A DNA stretch of 64,000 nt from Geosiphon pyriformis uo1 (Eukaryota > Fungi > Glomeromycota): contig JAAOMT010000571.1 of assembly GCA_016748015.1 (NCBI GenBank), forward strand, positions 685,095 to 749,094. The letters are read 5' to 3'. A program made the translations under genes and the position numbers. Of the stretch, positions 1 through 15,864 are shown piece by piece (position 1 is the stretch's first letter; the number at the start of each line of letters is the position of its first letter). Under the pieces are notes generated by a model. That model was not told the DNA's origin and did not search any database. It saw only the letters and a list, made by a program, of their open reading frames with translations.

Positions 1-2864
1 ATTATTTATACTGTTATTTAATAATTAGTTAATATATTATAATATTATTATTTTTGATTTTTGTTAATTTCTATTGAGTAATATTATTTTTTTCTTAAGA
101 TTAAGTTCCATTGAAATCAATATGCTTTTTTCTAATGTTAATATCTAACATAAAAGTTTGTATACTTGTTTAGACTATTTATTCTTACAAGTCCTAAAAT
201 TTGTTATTAATAAGCTTTCTAATTCTATTAAAAATAAGTATGTTTATTTTGTTTGTCAACAATACTTTTAAACAATATTAAAACAATATGTAAAGTTAGT
301 GTGTTGCTTTAAAACAGTGCTTAGAGTTGTTTTTTCTAGTTAATTTTTCAAACTTTTGGAGTTTTGTTTTGTTAATTTCTTTGCTATTTTTTCTAATATA
401 AATTGTTTAAAAATCTAATTGTGTAACTATTAAAAAGTGTGTATAATAAAAAGAAATAATTAAGTTCATTTCTTTTTTGGGTATTGTACTTCTTAAGAGC
501 TAGAATTTTTCCATAATTTTATTAATTAATATGTCAGTATTTTTTTGTTTTTTATGATAAAAATTAAAATATTTTGTGTTTAGGTTATTTTTTTGTGTGG
601 CTGAATTTTTTTTTATATGATATTTTAAAATTATTAAAAGTAATTTTTAATAAAAAATTATTTTTTTGTAGTAGTTAAAATAAAAGTTGAGAAGTATTTA
701 TAATATCTTTAGATATATTCATAATAAAAATAAATAATAAATAAATATTAAAATGAATTATTTTTATATATTAAAATTTTAAAGAAATTTTTTTAATAGT
801 TTAATGTTTCTGATTTTTCTAATTATTTTTGAGATTGTTTTAATTTTTTTTAAATATTAATAATAATAATCCAAATATAGTTGATTAATTAATTGTCTCT
901 TAAATAATGTTTAATGATTACTATTGGCTCCAAATCTTATGGAATTTGGTTAAAAGACACAATTAGTATATGTATTTTTAATTCAAATATTAATAGATCA
1001 AATAATTATTATTATTAATAGATTTTTAATTAGTTATTATGTGCAATTTTCTTTAAAATTTTATTGTTTAAACATAACTTATATGTTCTATTACCCAAGA
1101 CATTGTAGACATAAAAAGATCTGTTTCATTTGTTGTCAAATTTTCTGCTTTATTGTTTTTCTGTTTTTGTTTGACGTAATAAAACTTTGTCTCTTATTTT
1201 GTAGACAATAAGTTGTTCTGAAAGTTTGCTATTGTGTTAAATTTTTTGTTGTTTTTAAAAATACTTAATATTATTAATTGTATATTGGTAATTGCTTTTT
1301 AGTTTTTTTAGCAGTTTGTAAGTTCATCTTTTAATAATTTCTTATAAGTTGTTCTCATTTATTAGTTTTGTTAAATAAGTATTTATTATTAGTTCTATAA
1401 ATAATATAGCATTCTTTTACATGCTAATTTGAATAGTGTGAATTTTGTAGTGTTATGTTTTAGTATTTAATAAGCCAATAAAACTAAAGAGATAAATAAA
1501 TTTTATTTTTGTTACATTTTATTGCTTATTTTTGCCAGTGATTTACATAATGTTTTATTAAAATGTTTTATTAATTCATTTGTCTATAAATAGTAAAATA
1601 ACAAAAAAAATTGTTTTATCTTAAAATGTTGACTAATTTTAGCAAGCAAATTGTTTATAAAGTAAGTTTTTTAATTTAAGAATAGTTTTTTGAACAATCA
1701 TGTCTATAAATCAAATTTTCATATATAAAATTAGCAATTAATTTAGCATTTGTAATTTTAATGACTCTTGATTCTGGCTATTTTGTTAAATAATTCATAG
1801 TAATTACAATATATTGATTCTTTTTAATAGTAATAGTTAGTAGTTTTATTAAATTAATTTCTATTCTGTTAAATGGTTTTTTTATTTTAATAAATTATAA
1901 CAGTTCAGTTGTTTTTGATCTTTTTTTTTTTAATATATATTGTAATTATAAACATATTAAATAATATCAACATATATTTTTGGCCAATAGTATTAATTGG
2001 TTGTCCATTAAATTATGGCTTTTTTTGCAAAGTATTTTGTGTTTAAATCTAAGTACATGTTTTAAAGAATAATTTTTTTTTCAATTTTAGTAATTACTTA
2101 AAATAGATTATATTGATTGCATTGGTATAATATATTGTTTTTAACCAAATAATGTTTAGCTTATTTCTGAATTTTTGTTTGTTCTTTCAACAATAATTTT
2201 ATTAGATAATTAGAAAATTGTATAAGGTAATATATCAGATATTAGTGTGTTTTAGTGTTTATTTTAATTAAATAATAAGTGATTTTTGATGGTTATATAT
2301 GTTTTATTCGAAATAAACAGTCTGTATTTGTGTTTTTGGTTTTTTTTTATAAATAATATTATATATATAGGATTATAAGGTAGTAATTTATTTAACATAA
2401 TGTTTTTTTAATAAGTTTTTGTTTATTAACTAGATAAGTTCTTTGTGATTTGTAATAATATTAATTAAATTATATAACAAATATTGTTTAAAATATTTTA
2501 TGGCCTATACAATTACAAAGCATTTTATTTTATGAGTTGTGTAATTTTTTTTGGCTATGCTTAGATTTCTGTTAGCATATGTAACTACATATTTTTTTCT
2601 TTTTTTCTTTTGTTATAATAATATAACACATAGATCTGTTTTAAAGATATTAGTTGTAAGTACAAATTTTTTGGTAAAGTTAAAGTATACTAAGATAAAA
2701 GCTTCAGTAAGTCTTTGTTTTAAGTAATTGAATGCTCATTCTTGTTTTTTATTCTATTTTTATATTGTATTTTTAGCTAATAATTGATTTAATAATTGAG
2801 TCATTATTGAAAAGTTTTTGACAAATCTTTAATAATATAAAAAAGTCTTAAAAATCCTTGAAGT

Positions 2865-3657
2865 TATTACAGTTCAAGAATTTAATAAGAATTATAAATA
2901 ATATAAATTAGCCAATCATGAAATAACACAGCAACAATTTATAAAAAAAATGATTTACAAATAACAGCAAGCACTATTTTATAATAGCAGCAAGCACTAT
3001 TATGCAAAAGCAGCAAGCACTATTTAGAAATAATAGAAATAAAGTATTACAAGACATTATTTTGTTAAACAATAATTATATATATATACAATAGTTTTTA
3101 ATAATGAAAAATAAAACAGTTTCAACTTGAAGCAACAAATATTTAAATAAAAATTTTACTCAAAAAGAATTAATAAAAATAATAAATTGAATGAACATTA
3201 CAATTATGAAATTAACAATAGAATTTACATATCCTCTCTAATGAATGAAACTATTATTCCATCTTTGAACCTTTTGGAAGAATAATTTCTGATCAAAATT
3301 ATTTATGTGGTTACTAATTAAATTGAAAAAGCTTTATTATATACTTAAAAAAATCACATAAAGGCCATTAATATTTTGTGTTTTTAGATTAGAAAAATAT
3401 ATCAGACAATTGCAAGAATAGCCTCAGAGAAGACCCCAGACAGCAGATAAATTTCAGATTAGCCTCTGAGAAGAAATACACAACATACAAAGACAACTAG
3501 AATTAAAAAGAAAACTTACATCACAATATCAAGAGAAAATCTTCAATATATTATCATTAATATTTAACACATAAAATCAAGGAACTCATGAGAAACTAAT
3601 TGTAATTAAAACGGGATATCAACAATTAAAATATACCAAAAAAACACTTCTGTAACA
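2865..3657. mobile_element. Solo LTR (793 bp) inserted in the RT region of element A
   Basis: Termini TATTACA (decayed TGTTACA) and TGTAACA. AAGT TSD at 2861-2864 and 3658-3661. Internal repeats CAGCAAGCACTAT x3 and TAGCCTC(A/T)GAGAAG x2. Confidence 0.85.
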
Positions 3658-6600
3658 AAGTTCAATCAGATTTTAAAAGTGAAAAATTTTTTGATTTTTT
3701 CAATTTTTGCAAAGTCAGGTTTTATTTCTTTTTTTCTAATAATATGCTTTAAGAAAATGAGTTGTGATTTTTTGAAGAAGCATTTTTTGGGATTAAGTTT
3801 TAGTTTAATAGTCCAAAATTTTTTGAAAACTTGCTATAGATATTTAAAATACTTCTCAAATATTGGTAAGAACACATTTATGTTATTCAAGTAAACCATT
3901 ATAAATTTTTACAGAATTCTAAAATAGACAATATTCATTAGCTGTTAAAATATTGTGAGAGCATTGGTTAATTTGAATGACATTATATTAAATTTGTAAT
4001 TGCTATTTTAAGTTGTAAAGGTGGTTTTTTTTTAGTCATTAGAGTTTATAATTATTTACCAATATTTACTAGTGAGATATATAATTGAAACTTTTGGATT
4101 TTCTTAGATTATTCAAGATTTCATTAATTTGTAGTAAAAAATAAATATTTTTTTTAGTAATGTTATTGAGTTTTTTATAGTTAATACAGAATCAGATTTT
4201 TTTATTTTTTTTCTGTATTATAATAACAGATAAAGACCAAAAGTTTATAGAGAGTTGTATAAATCTATTTTTTAACATTTAATTGACTTTTTTTTTTATA
4301 AAATTATGTTCAGATAATAATACTTAATCAGCACATTGTTTAATAGGTAATATATTTTTTATATGAATCTAATGATAAACCAAGTTGGTTTATTCAAACT
4401 TATTTTTTTTGGCAAAAATATTTGAGTATTTTAAGATAAATGCTTTCAATAGTCTTTGTTGTAAAGAGTCTAATGATTCAAAATTGAGCTTAATTAACTC
4501 TTTACTAGTTATTTAGTAGTATTCAGTACTTGGTTTTAAAAGAGTCAATTTAGTTTTACAATATAATACCAATTGGGAAAAGTTTAAGATTTCTTAAAGT
4601 TTATATTAATTAACAATATTTGTGCTTAGATATCTTAAGACTGTATTCTTAGATAAGTGTATAGTTTTTTCAAATAAATTGTAAATAGATATTTCAATTC
4701 ACAAATAGCTATAACATAGTATATACAGATTGATAAGACCAATTGAAAATTGTTTACAGAAGAGAGCATGCAATTTGAATAAAAAATTTTTTTTGTTGTC
4801 TTTTTATATGTATTAAATAAATATGTTCTAAATAGTGGTATTGTAATTATTCTATTAATTTGGATTATGTCTAAGTTTTTTTGTATTGTTTCTATATAGT
4901 CAATAAATAATGTGACTGTTTTTGTAAAACCAAAATCTTGGGTTCTGTGTTTGGTCTTTTCTAACTCTTTTTAGATCTTAATGGTAATTAATTTGGTAAT
5001 TTAGAGTAAAGATAAGAAAATTGCTTGTGCAATTTTTTTTTTTGGTTCAATTACATATGATTGGTTTGATTTATTGTGTAATAGAGCTATAAAATTTTCT
5101 ATGTATTTGAAATTTATAAATTTTCTTTGATATTAATTTTTTTCTGACTAAACTAGATTGAAAAGCTATTTGTATTATGGCTTTGATTGGTATTTTAAAT
5201 GCTACTTTTAAGTTAATTATAATAATAGTAAATGGTTCCAACATTAGTGTTTGGTTTTCAGAATATTAAAAAATCAAATTCAGTATTAGTTAAATATGCT
5301 TGTTTTAGAAAAATTTCTTAGTTATTATTAATGAAACATTTGATATTCAATTTTTGTTGAAAATTAATAAAAATATGTAAGTTGTCTAATAGCACTTTTA
5401 GTGTTTATGAGATTATATTTTTTGTTTTATAGTTTGGATAATTTTCAAATTGAACTGTTTTTTTAAACAGTTCAAACTGGAATTAATAATTAAAACACTA
5501 TTATAATTAACAAAGAATTAAGCAGTTCTTATACAATTAAGTATTTATCTACATAAAGTATTGTTTTTGTTTTTTTTATGTTGAACAAAGTTTCTGATAT
5601 TAATCTTAAAATTCTTAAAAAAGATCCAAAAAATTGTACTTAATAACTTCTTTAATGACTTTTGTTAATGTCTTCTAATTTCAAATTTTTTTGGTATGTT
5701 TGCTTTAGCTGTATTATATAGTTGTTTGGTATTGTATAGATAATGATATATGTGATTTAGAGCTTTATTATAAACAGTATCAAAGAAAATTTTTCTTTTT
5801 ATCCAGTTAGTAATGAGAACAGTATATTAACAAGTAAAATTATATGTGGTTTTTCTGAATTGCATATTGATTTAGTTGTATTTATTAAGTAAAATTTTTT
5901 TACATGTAATATAAAAAATTTTATTCTATTTTTTTAATTATTTTAAATATTTGTATATTTTTTTGTAATATTAATTACAATAGTAGTAAATAATCTGTTG
6001 ATTATTTTTATATAGAATAACACAAACTATTATAGAAAATAGTTTTTTCTGACAAATTAAATATTGTAATATTGGTTAATAACTTCAAAAATATTGGGAG
6101 TGAAAAAGTGTAATGGTGTAAAATTGAAAGTTTTGTTAGTCTACTTAAGAACAAATAGTAATTTTTTATGATTATTTTTGTTTCATTCAATTTAATATAG
6201 CTTAATAGCTTTCATTTCCAATGTTTTTTCAAATTCGAACTAAAGTAGATTGTTTATATAAAATTTTTTTTTAAAATATTCACATATAATAAATATTTAT
6301 GTATATTGTTCCTAATATGTTAGCTATAACTCTTGAGTCAATTAATTCAAAGTAATATTTGCTTTTCTTAATTAATTATTTCTAACTAGTGCTTAATATT
6401 AAGTTGTATTTATAATTAATACTTTAGTAGAAATAATTATTCTGTTTATGTTAAAGAAAAAAGAGTTAATTTTTTCAATTGGCATTTTCTTGGTTCTATT
6501 AATGATGATAATAAGAATACTGGTGTTTTTGTTAATTTAATGATTTAATTGATTTATTAATTAAAGAGTAATAATGTTTTTTGCTAATTTACTATTTAGG

Positions 6601-8882
6601 ACCAGTTTAATAGATTTATTATTTGTTTTTGTCTTAGTGTACATAGTGATAACTGGCTTATTTTTATTTAAAGTAGCTCTGCTAAACAAAAAAGAGATAA
6701 ATTTTTTTTTCTCAAGTTTAAAAAAGAATATAACAGCTAATGTCTTGTTATTAATAATAATTGTAAAAAAGATTATACTGGTGCTTTTTCTAATATTAAC
6801 AGCAGAATTTTTGATAATGCTAATGTTTTAATCTTCATAAAATAGTGTATTATAAAAATTCTGTGGTTCAGATAAATTAAAAAATACTTGTTAATAATAT
6901 ATAAATGTATTGTATTATCTATTATTATTTTGACTTAAATTTTGTAATATTATTATATTTGTTGCTAACTAATCTAAAGAGTTTGAATTTAAGAGTGAAT
7001 AATTTTCTCTTCAATTTAAGTTTTGAAAATGTGGTCTAAAAGTTAATGTTTATTATAGTTGTTGTGATAAAGCCAAGTATTATGGCTGGGCCAAGTCTTG
7101 TTGCTATAATAGCTATTATTAAAAATACTATTAAATTAACACTAAGTATTAATTCTAAGGTATTATATTGATTGCTAGAAAATAGATTTTACAAATTATT
7201 TTTTTGTGAATTTTGATAAGACTGTAGTAACTGGCATTTGGCTTTAATATGTTTGTGCTTTTAACAATAATAATACATTAGTATATTCTGTTAATTTCTA
7301 TTTGGGTTTTGATAGCCATAATTTTGGAGAGATGTTTGGTTTTACTGTTGCAGTGGTTAATATCAGTTTGGTACTTGAAATCTGGTATTAGCAAGATAAC
7401 TTTCCATCTTCTAAGATAATTTTTTTTTAAATTGAGTAATCATATTTTTTAGTTTTTTGGTATGATTATTATTTATTATTAAGTTTATCATTTTATTGTG
7501 GTTAGTTTTTTCTTTGACTGATTCAATATCTTGAACCAATGTAATAGCTTGAAGTAAATTTTCTGGATATTGTGGTCTTATTTATTCTAGGATACTACTC
7601 CTTAATTTTCTTACAAATTGATTGAAAATCTGAAAAGCTATGTATAATTGTTTTCTATGGTTCTAATCTGTTGTAAAATATAATTAAACTTATTAAAATA
7701 TTTAGTTACTGTTTTGCTGGACTGTTGTTTGATAATACTGAATTTATTTTAAAGTTTAATAATAGTGTTAAAGTTGTAGAAATATTCCAAAAATATATTT
7801 TAAAACCATATAAAAGTGTTAAGTTTGGAATTCAAATTCTAATACTAAAAATTAACTGTGTCTTTTAAGAAAAATGGTAAAGTCTAAAGGCTGTAAGTTT
7901 TATTCCAATTATTTGTTAGAATTGCTTTTTGTGCTTTTATAATCTAAGTATAAGCATTTTCTTTTTTTTTGATAAAGTTGGTCAATTTTGTAATATAGAG
8001 AGCAGTTATTTTTTAAAAATTTACAGATATTTAAACAGAAAAAGTTATTGGTTCTGGTTCTAATTTACTTAAGAATTTTTTTTTCTTTTGGTATTCTGTT
8101 TTCTTATATTTAAACTCAGGTTCTAGTTTAGGTTTAAGCTCAGATTTCTAAGTGGTCTGAAAATTTGGTTGTAGAGAGAGTAGATTTAAGAATTATAATA
8201 AATATTCTCTTAGAATGGGTCTTTTAAAGAGTTTTTTTTCAAATAAAATGTGAACATAATTAAGAGTTTGAAAGATTGTTTTTGTGATAGATAAGAATGT
8301 AGTTTTTAGTGATATATTAATTTGTTTATTCAGTAATAAATAGTAAAATGAAGTTTCTGGTAATATAATTTAAGATTTTTTATATGATAAGATTAAAGTT
8401 TGCTGTTGACTTATAATTCTTCAATAAAGTGTTTATACTAGAGTTTTTAGTTGGTTATCTTAGTTATTATTATCTTTTCTGTTTTTATTAAAAGTAAATA
8501 AAAAACTTTTTTGAATGTATTTTTTGATTTTTTGGTGTATTTGTACCAGAGTTATTGAAAATAATTGTGTATTGAGTAATGTAATATAATAGATTAATTC
8601 TTAATATAGGCTTTATTTTTGTTTTTGGTGTTTTAAATCTTGTCTAAGTAAGTATTAAATTTGATAGTACATGTAATAATTAAAAATTGATTTAGCTAAA
8701 GAACAATTATCAATTAATATCAATTTTTTTTGAAATTAGTAATATAGATTTTAGCTAAAAAAATTAATAATTATTGCTGATTTTACTACTTTGATCTACT
8801 AATTTACATAATTAATTATTGCTAAAATTTAGATAACTTAGATAAATTAAAATTAAACTTTGGAGTAAACACCAAATATTAT

Positions 8883-9572
8883 TGTTATGAGTTGAAGTAA
8901 CAAACTAATGAATAGCAAGGGAGAATAGAATTGTAGGGTAATAAAAGGAATCAAAGAGAATTCAACTTCAAAGAGCAAATTAAATGAATATAGATTCAAT
9001 GTGCAAGATCAGTCTCATAAAATATTTCAGTCACTATATTTTTCAAAAAATAACTGGGAAATCTGAAGGTAGAGAAATAGTTTGTACTGTTAACAAATAA
9101 TCACATACTGGTATAATTTTATGTCTTATGTTGGCACTCTTAGAATTCAATATCAGATATCAAATGTACTTTTTAGTTACATTTTATTCAATAATCTTTA
9201 AATGTTACAATTATACAAGTCAGAAAAAGGGTAGATAAATACCAACAAGTAATTTTTTATTCCAAGATATTCAAATACTTGAAAATAAGAAAAGGAAATT
9301 TAATGATAAAAGAAGGATTGAGATAAAGTTGTTATTTTATTTCTTTGATTTTTACATGCTTTTCTATAGCTAAGAGATTTATTGCTTATATAACTATCAA
9401 AAATAGTCAATGATCAGATTAATGACTAGATCAATGATCAGGTTAATAATCAGATTAATGGTTAGGTCATTGATCAGGTCAATAATTACTATCTAATAGA
9501 GTGGCTAATTATATGACATCAGTGGCTAATACATGTGATAATTAATAAGAAGTGTAGATTTCAACTGTAACA
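8883..9572 (-). repeat. 3' LTR of element B (690 bp)
   Basis: TG...CA ends. Colinear with 15887-16660 and with the reverse complement of 62449-63137. Confidence 0.9.
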
Positions 9573-12500
9573 TTATCCTCTTCAAAGAGATTAAGCTTCA
9601 GCAAAATCAAGTTATTCATGATGTAATTATTTGAAAAGTTTTATCTAACTCAAAGCTAACTAGTTTGTTGAAGTCTTTTGTGAATAGAATATATAATACT
9701 TAAAGTGAAATAAGTTTTGTATTCAAGAGACCAAATCTTTGTATTAGAGTTTTGGTTCTTCTAGCAATAATTAAAACTCTTGGAACATCTAACTATATAA
9801 TGTCCAAAATTTTTGCCTGTATTTTTGAAGTTGTTTTCTTTATGAGTTTTATATTTTCTATGATTTCTCCAAAGTGACCATAGAATTTTAATTGCTTTCC
9901 ATATGACAAATTTTTGTTTATGTGCAAGATTTCTTAGATTGTTTTTCCAATTGTGCTAGAAGATGAGAATATAACTGCTGTTATACTTTCTAACAGATAT
10001 TTATCCATTTTGCTATCAATTCTTTTTCTTCTGGTAATGGTTTTCTTTGGTCTAATAACAATATGTATTCTATTGTTATCTATTATAGTAGTTTGTTTTT
10101 TAATAGTTAAAGTAGCATTTGGATAGTTTTTAATCCAATACTCATGAAGAGTATAGAAGGCATTTTAAATGTTTTGATTCAGAAAATAATTGTTCATGTT
10201 AATTAAAGATATCTCTGTTTTAGAAATGGTGCATTTATTTATACTTGATTTTTGTTAATTATTTAGGTCAGTATTATCACAACAAACAACCAATTAAGTC
10301 GTTTATGATATTTCTTAAGTTGTGTACCATAAATAAAATGATCATTGAAAATTGTTCCAGATTAATTTTAAAGAATATAAAAATTATTGTTTAAAACTTT
10401 GTTGATTATAAAGAGTTCTTTCTATCAGCTAGAGAATTTATTACCATAGACATTGTTTTTGTCTGAATGGTATTCTAATATCAAGTCACCAACACTTAAA
10501 AAAAGTGTTTTATAGGTTTTTTTTTTAAGCTTTTCTTGAAACTGTTTTATTTTTTTAAAAGCAATTATTTGTGTTTCTATCAAAGAGTCAAGAATGATAC
10601 CAAGTCTTCTTTGCAAAATGTCTTTGTAATTTTCTATTGTGATTTCTTTAAAAGATATTGTCTCAATGTGAGTTTCTATTAGTAGTATTGTCATGTGTTC
10701 ATAAAACAAATAAAAAAGTTCATAATTTGTTATGTCATAATTTACAGTTTTATAAGCAAATAAGGCTGAAGGCAGTACTTTGTCCTATAAGTTTGTTTTT
10801 TTACTGGTTTTGGTTAGGGTTTTACATAGTGTTCTATTGAAACATTTCACTAGGCCATTTGTTTGAAGATGGTAAAAAGAAAAAAGTTTATGATGTATTT
10901 CTATTTTTCTACAAAGTTTTTTAATCAATATACTGAGAAAAGCTCTTTTTCTATTAAATAAAAATTCTTTGAAGCAGCCATGATGACAGATAATATTTTT
11001 ATAAATAAAATTGGCTATTAAGATTGCTGTTTTGTCTGAAGTGGTTCTTGCTTCTACCCACTTTGTAAGATAATTGGTAGCTGTGATAATGTATTTGTTG
11101 CCATTAGGAGTTATTGTTAAAAGTCTAACAACATCTATACTAATTCTGTCAAATAGTTGACCAACAGAGATTGGATAAATATCTTCTTTGCGATTGGATT
11201 TGTCTTTTCTTTGGTAAATGTTACAGGTTTTGATGTATTCAACAATGTTTTTTTTCAAAATAGACCAATAATAGTGAGCTAAAGTTTTCTGAATTGGTTT
11301 TGTTTTTCCAAAGTGTCCAGCTAATAGGTCAGTATGCATGTTGTATATTACAATTTCTTTTTCTTCAAATTTAATGACTCTCTGAGGGTGGTTAAAATTT
11401 TTTCTGTTTCTTTTATATAATTGGTTCTGACAGATTAAATAGAAATTTGATTGTTTGTGCAAATGTTCTCTTTGCTGTCAAGTATATTCTGATGGGTATT
11501 GTTCTTTATCCAAAAATTCTATTAAGGCAGAATAGTTGTCTAAGTCTATTATTGTGTTTGTCAAAAAAGGAGTTATTAATAATTAAGGTGAGTTGGTTTG
11601 AGAAGCTTGTACTATTATTGGATGGTAAGTCTAGAAAGAATGTCAGCATTTTGATGATTTGTTCCTTTGCAGTATTGAATATCATAGTTAAATTCATCCA
11701 AGTAGAGTATCCAGCAAGTTATTTGTTTGTGTTCCAGCTTCTTTTTATTGTGCAGCCAAACCAAGACTTAATAATCTGTTACTATTAAGAATTTCACATT
11801 AAAAAAATATTGATCCTAATAATTAGTAACCCAAATTACTGCTAAATATTCTTGTTCAGTTACTAAATAATTTTTTTCTGCTGGTGTAAGAGATCTATTA
11901 ACATATGCTATAGCATATTCCCTGTCATCTTCATTTTTTGTGAGAGGACAGTACCAAGTTTATAGCCAGATGTATCAATGTAGAAAATAAAAGGTTGGTC
12001 CAGATCAGGTTGCTTAAGAATTGGTTCAGTAACAAGTTTTTCTTTTAGAATTTCAAAAGCTTTTTGTTGATAAGTGCTTCAATAATAATTGACATTTTTT
12101 CTGAATAACTGATTGAGAAAAAAAACGATTTTAGAGAAATCTTTGATAAATTTGTGATAGTAAGAAGCCAAACCAAGGAAAAAGCATAGTTCAGGAACAT
12201 TTATTGGTTGTCTAATGTTTTGAACTTTTTCAACTTTAGCTGGGTCAGAAAAAATTCTATCTTTTATAATAAAATGACCAAAAAACTGAGTGAATTGGTG
12301 TTCAAAGAAAGATTTGATTGGGTTGATCTTAAGACAAACATTTCTGAACAGGTCAAAAACCTTCTGTAAATTTTCAAGATGTTTATCCCAGGTTTTTGAG
12401 TAAACCATTATGTTATCTAAGTAAACCAGAACAAAGTTTTCTTTTACTGATTCAAATACTTTGTCCATTAGGCATTAAAAGATGGGAAAAGCATTGGTAA

Positions 12501-15500
12501 GACCAAAAGCATGACTGTAAATTTATAGGTGTCATATTTAGTAATAAAAACAGTTTTCTTTCTGCTTTCTGGATTTATCTCTACTTGCCAAAATCCAGTA
12601 GTTAAGTTAATGGTTGAAAAAAAAGCAGCACTATTGAATTTATCTAGCATTGCATCAATTTTGAGAAGTGAATATATGTTTCTTATAGTGATGGCATTTA
12701 ATTGGCAGTAGTCAATACAGAAACATAGGGTTTCACTTTTTTTGGATATCACTACAACTGAGAAAGCTTATTTACTCTTGGTTTTTTGTATGAATCCAAA
12801 GATTTTTCATCTGGTTTATTTTTTTTTTGATAAATTCATCATTGTATTGATTGGATTGGTAAGGCTTTAAATAGATGGGACAAGTTTTTTTTGTGATAAT
12901 AATATGTTTTATCACATAAGTTTGTTTAGGGATATCACTTTTTTTTGAGATAACTGGGCTATTTCTAGCCAACAGATTTTCAATGTCCACTTTTCTTTCT
13001 TCAGAGGAAAATTCTTTTTGTTTTACAACTAGTAATTGTATTTTAGAAGATTCATTCTCAAAAAACTTCTGTACTTCTTTTAGTTCTTTTCTGGGTATCA
13101 AACTAATTGGCTCTCAATCTTTGTAATAGATCAGGCAGAACTTACATTCATCACTAGGAGAATACAAAGATTTATTATATCAGTATCTGGTACAAGAGCC
13201 ATGCTATCAATAATTGTATTTTGCTTTCTTGCCAGGTTTTTTATCAAAGATTCTTTTAAGAATATTATAATAGGGCCAAAGAACAGCTTGTCATTTACCA
13301 TGATTTTTTTTTGTTAGCTTTAATATTGTCCAGTAGCTTATCATTGCTGGTGAAGATAATATAGACAAGTTTAGCAGTTTCTTCTTGTTCTTTTTGATCT
13401 TTTTTTTTATTGCTTTCATCATTATCTGATTTATCTGATTGTTTTTCTTTTTGGTTTTACTTGGGTACTGAAGGGGTTGTCTAATGATGGCACTTAACTA
13501 CAATAAGCTTTTCACCACATCTGATAGTTAGTTCACAAAACTCATAGTCAAGTAATGCTTTGGCTTTCTTGAACCACTCATTGCCAACAATTATGATGTA
13601 CTCTTTTGCTTTAGATATTTCCATATCAGTTTCAATGCTGATACTGTTAATGTGAACAGGAACAGCTTTGACTATATCCAAGCCTTTCTTTTTGTTATCA
13701 TGTACATTGGTTATTAGTTTAGTTGAAAGTTCATCAATCTTTCTGCCAATTGCTTCAAGGAAATGTTTGGCAATAACACTAATAGATGATTTACTGTCTA
13801 AAATCAGATCAATAAAGTAACCAGCTACTTGGACTTTGCAAATTAGAAAAGTGATATTGCTATTGTTAACAAGTCTAGCTTGGCAAGAGTGCTTGTTGGT
13901 TTTTGGTGTTTTCTTCTTTGGGATCAGTGATTTGTAAAGATTTTTTCTAAACAGTAGATGGGTCATTAACTGACCAAAAGTAATATGTACTAGGGTTTTC
14001 ATAAAATCCTTTATAACAAAATAGAGTCCAGATTTTTGTACAATTTCTGGGGGTTTCAACTTTGGAGGATTCTTAAAAACTTTGGCATTTGGTGGCTTAT
14101 TGTTATTAGCAGTGGAAGTTGAGACTTTATTGGAATCTAGAACGAAATCAACCTTGGCTTTTTTCTTTTTTTTTGTTGAGTCAAAGGGGTTGATTGCTAG
14201 TTTATTCATATTATAATCATCATTAGTTGAGTTAAAGATGTAAAAAAAAAATTTTTCTGGTTGGCTTGTACTCTTACTCTTTGAAAATATGTTTACTAGT
14301 TTAAAGACTAATAAACAGTAGCTTTAACTAGGAGATTCTCTCCAAAGAAATTGATGTTGGCATGATTGGATCTTTAATTAGGAACATTGTTGTTGATAAT
14401 TCTGTTGTTTTGATTATTATTATTTCTAAGAGCTGGAGGTGGCAAAGAAAAATTGTTGCAATTTTTTGAGAAATATCTAGTTAATCTACAGTAATAGTAC
14501 ACAAATAGGCCATGATTTTGCTGTCTTTGGTAAGAGGGCTGCTGAGACTAATTGAAATGTGGTTCAAATCTAGGTTTTTGTGGTTGCTGGTTGTTTCTGA
14601 CTGCTTGGGCTAATAGTTCTAATAGCCGAGCAAAATTTGCTGTAAGTCTATCTATTAACTGTTTATTGAAGTCTTGAATTTGGACAGTAAAAGAGGTAGC
14701 AGCTATTTGTGAAGCAGGAGCCATAGCAGAAGCAAAAGCAAAAACTGGAAGAGCAGATTCCAGGTGCATCTTTTGGTTATCTTCTATTTTCTGGACAAGT
14801 TCAATAGCCATATCTATTGTGAGATTATCTTTTAAAACTAGAAGGGGCCAAAGAGCATATGACAGATCTGTTTTCAATCTTTTTATAAAAGAATAAATCT
14901 TTTGCTCTTTTGTTCAGTTTTTTCCAGAGTCTACTCTTTTAATTAACTTTTTGATGACTTTGGCATATTCAGTTACCACTTTACTGAGACCTTGGGGTTT
15001 TTTTTTAGTTCCATGTATTATTTAGAAATTAGGATAGTAGTTCTGAATTTATTTTCAAAGTGAGTAGTAAAAGAGATATTTTCTTCTCCAGCATTTGTTG
15101 GTGCCCATCTAATAATTTTTTGCTAAGCATTGGCATTGGTTTTTTGTGAAAACCAAGTAGCAGGAGAGCCTTGAAAGTAGCCATCAATGATTTGGAACTT
15201 GTATTTATTATCATATTGGTTGGCTGTGGTAGCTTTTTTAAAATCATTCAACTATTTAATTAGATCTTATGTATCACTTCTGAATAATAGTAGTAGAGTA
15301 TTGTTTCTTTATTTTAAAGCAGTTTGTGTGCTTTGGAAGATGATCAAAATGTTTTGTTGTATAGAGTTATTAGCCATTGGTTCAGGAGTAACTGTTTGTG
15401 TGGAATGTTTTGATTCACTTGAGAAGAGATCAAAAACAGGAGCAGTTTGATAGCTTTCTTCTTCTGTTTCAAAGGGTGTTTTAGCTAATTGTTCAAATGT

Positions 15501-15864
15501 GAATTTGGTAATTCAGATATTTGAAATTAAGGGGCTGTTGTTCAAAGGTTGTGAAATATAAAAGCTGATTAATGCTGTTGTTTTTTTCTTCAAAGTTGTC
15601 TTTAAGATAAACTTGATCAAAGTAGTAAATTGTATAGACTGTGTAGATTTTAGCTAAATGCTTGTTTAGAAACCAGTTCCAAAAATCTTGGAATTGTTTG
15701 CTGGATTGTTTTTTAATAGGGAAGCAAATCAAGCAGAAGAACAAAAAATTGAATTCAATAAAGTCTAGATCATTTTTGTTGTGTGCTTCAAAGTGTTTTT
15801 CTAATTGTTGTGGGAGATATAAATAATTATCCATACAATAGAAAACAAAGTAGATTTTAACAAT

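Noticed and set aside
3679-6831. Short hydrophobic ORFs (3679, 6008, 6574)
   Set aside because: Chance frames in AT-eroded element A; no independent gene structure.
11506-11697. 63-aa ORF bridging RNase H and integrase in element B
   Set aside because: Out of frame with both domains and has no counterpart in element C.
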